This document shows positions 63,528 to 64,000 of a stretch of DNA of 64,000 nt, piece after piece; within the stretch, counting starts at the first letter, position 1, and each line of letters begins with the position of its first letter. The DNA comes from Torpedo marmorata (lineage: Eukaryota), in contig OZ360246.1 in assembly GCA_977017645.1 (NCBI GenBank), positions 27,528,001 through 27,592,000 of the forward strand, written 5' to 3'. A program made the position numbers and the translations under genes. The notes below the pieces were generated by a model, which saw only the letters and a list, made by a program, of their open reading frames with translations, made no database searches and was not told the DNA's origin.

Positions 63528-63906
63528 ATGTAGAACGTATTCATGAGGCTCCTGATGTGCCTTGTAACTGGTGGAAAGGCCTTGGGTGTCAGGAGGTCTC
63601 AACACAACCTTGGCTAGAGCACAGCTATATCTGGAGTGCAGGTCTTCTGTGCCACAAGGAACTGAATTCCAGACTTGCTCTGACTTGTTCTTGTAGCCAT
63701 AATACTTTTGTGGCTGGTCAAACTGAGTTGGTCAGTAGTACACTCTGGGATATTTTAGGTGGGGGACCTGGCAGTGGTAATGCCATTGAAAGTTGAGGAT
63801 AAAGAGATATATTGTTTTGTTCAGGATGGCTATTCCTGGCACTTTTGAAACACAAATTTTATTTGCTGCTATGGGCTCAGGCCTAAATACGATTTAGCTG
63901 CCAATA

Positions 63907-63979
63907 GGCTCCATAGCTCAGTGGTTAGAGCACTGGTCTTGTAAACCAGGGGTTGCGAGTTCGTTCCTCGCTGGGGCCT
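63907..63979 (+). tRNA. tRNA-Thr(TGT)-like sequence, probably a SINE head or retrocopy
   Basis: 73 nt cloverleaf GGCTCCA...TGGGGCC-T, anticodon loop CTTGTAA; T-loop TTCGTTC lacks the conserved A58; no T4+ terminator, runs into a SINE-like body. Confidence 0.8.
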
Positions 63980-64000
63980 CATTTCTGTGAGGGGCGCTGG

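Overview
Eukaryotic (vertebrate) genomic DNA, most likely a cartilaginous fish (ray/shark-type repeat set: HE1/V-SINE-like SINEs, CR1, Rex1/Babar, Tx1, Tigger MITEs). The window holds the 5' part of SPEN (SHARP/MINT) on the + strand: CpG-island promoter, coding exons 1-3 (1525-1607, 15818-16138, 18363-18827) and an intron 3 that runs past the window end. Introns 1 and 3 are packed with mobile elements, including a full-length decayed L1 (52448-58517), Tigger/Tc2/hAT MITEs, a solo LTR, and a 327-bp N gap. Most interesting observations: (1) SPEN intron 2 is TE-free, strand-enriched in GGAU with small hairpins, and holds a candidate 42/46-nt cassette exon; (2) a ~100-130 bp inverted repeat brackets the promoter and exon 1; (3) a repeat family carries minimal hammerhead-ribozyme motifs; (4) one SINE body is joined to two different Pol III heads (5S rRNA and tRNA-Thr); (5) a compact CRE/ETS/TCF/RUNX/E-box module lies in intron 3. 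All calls are by eye, with no database searches.
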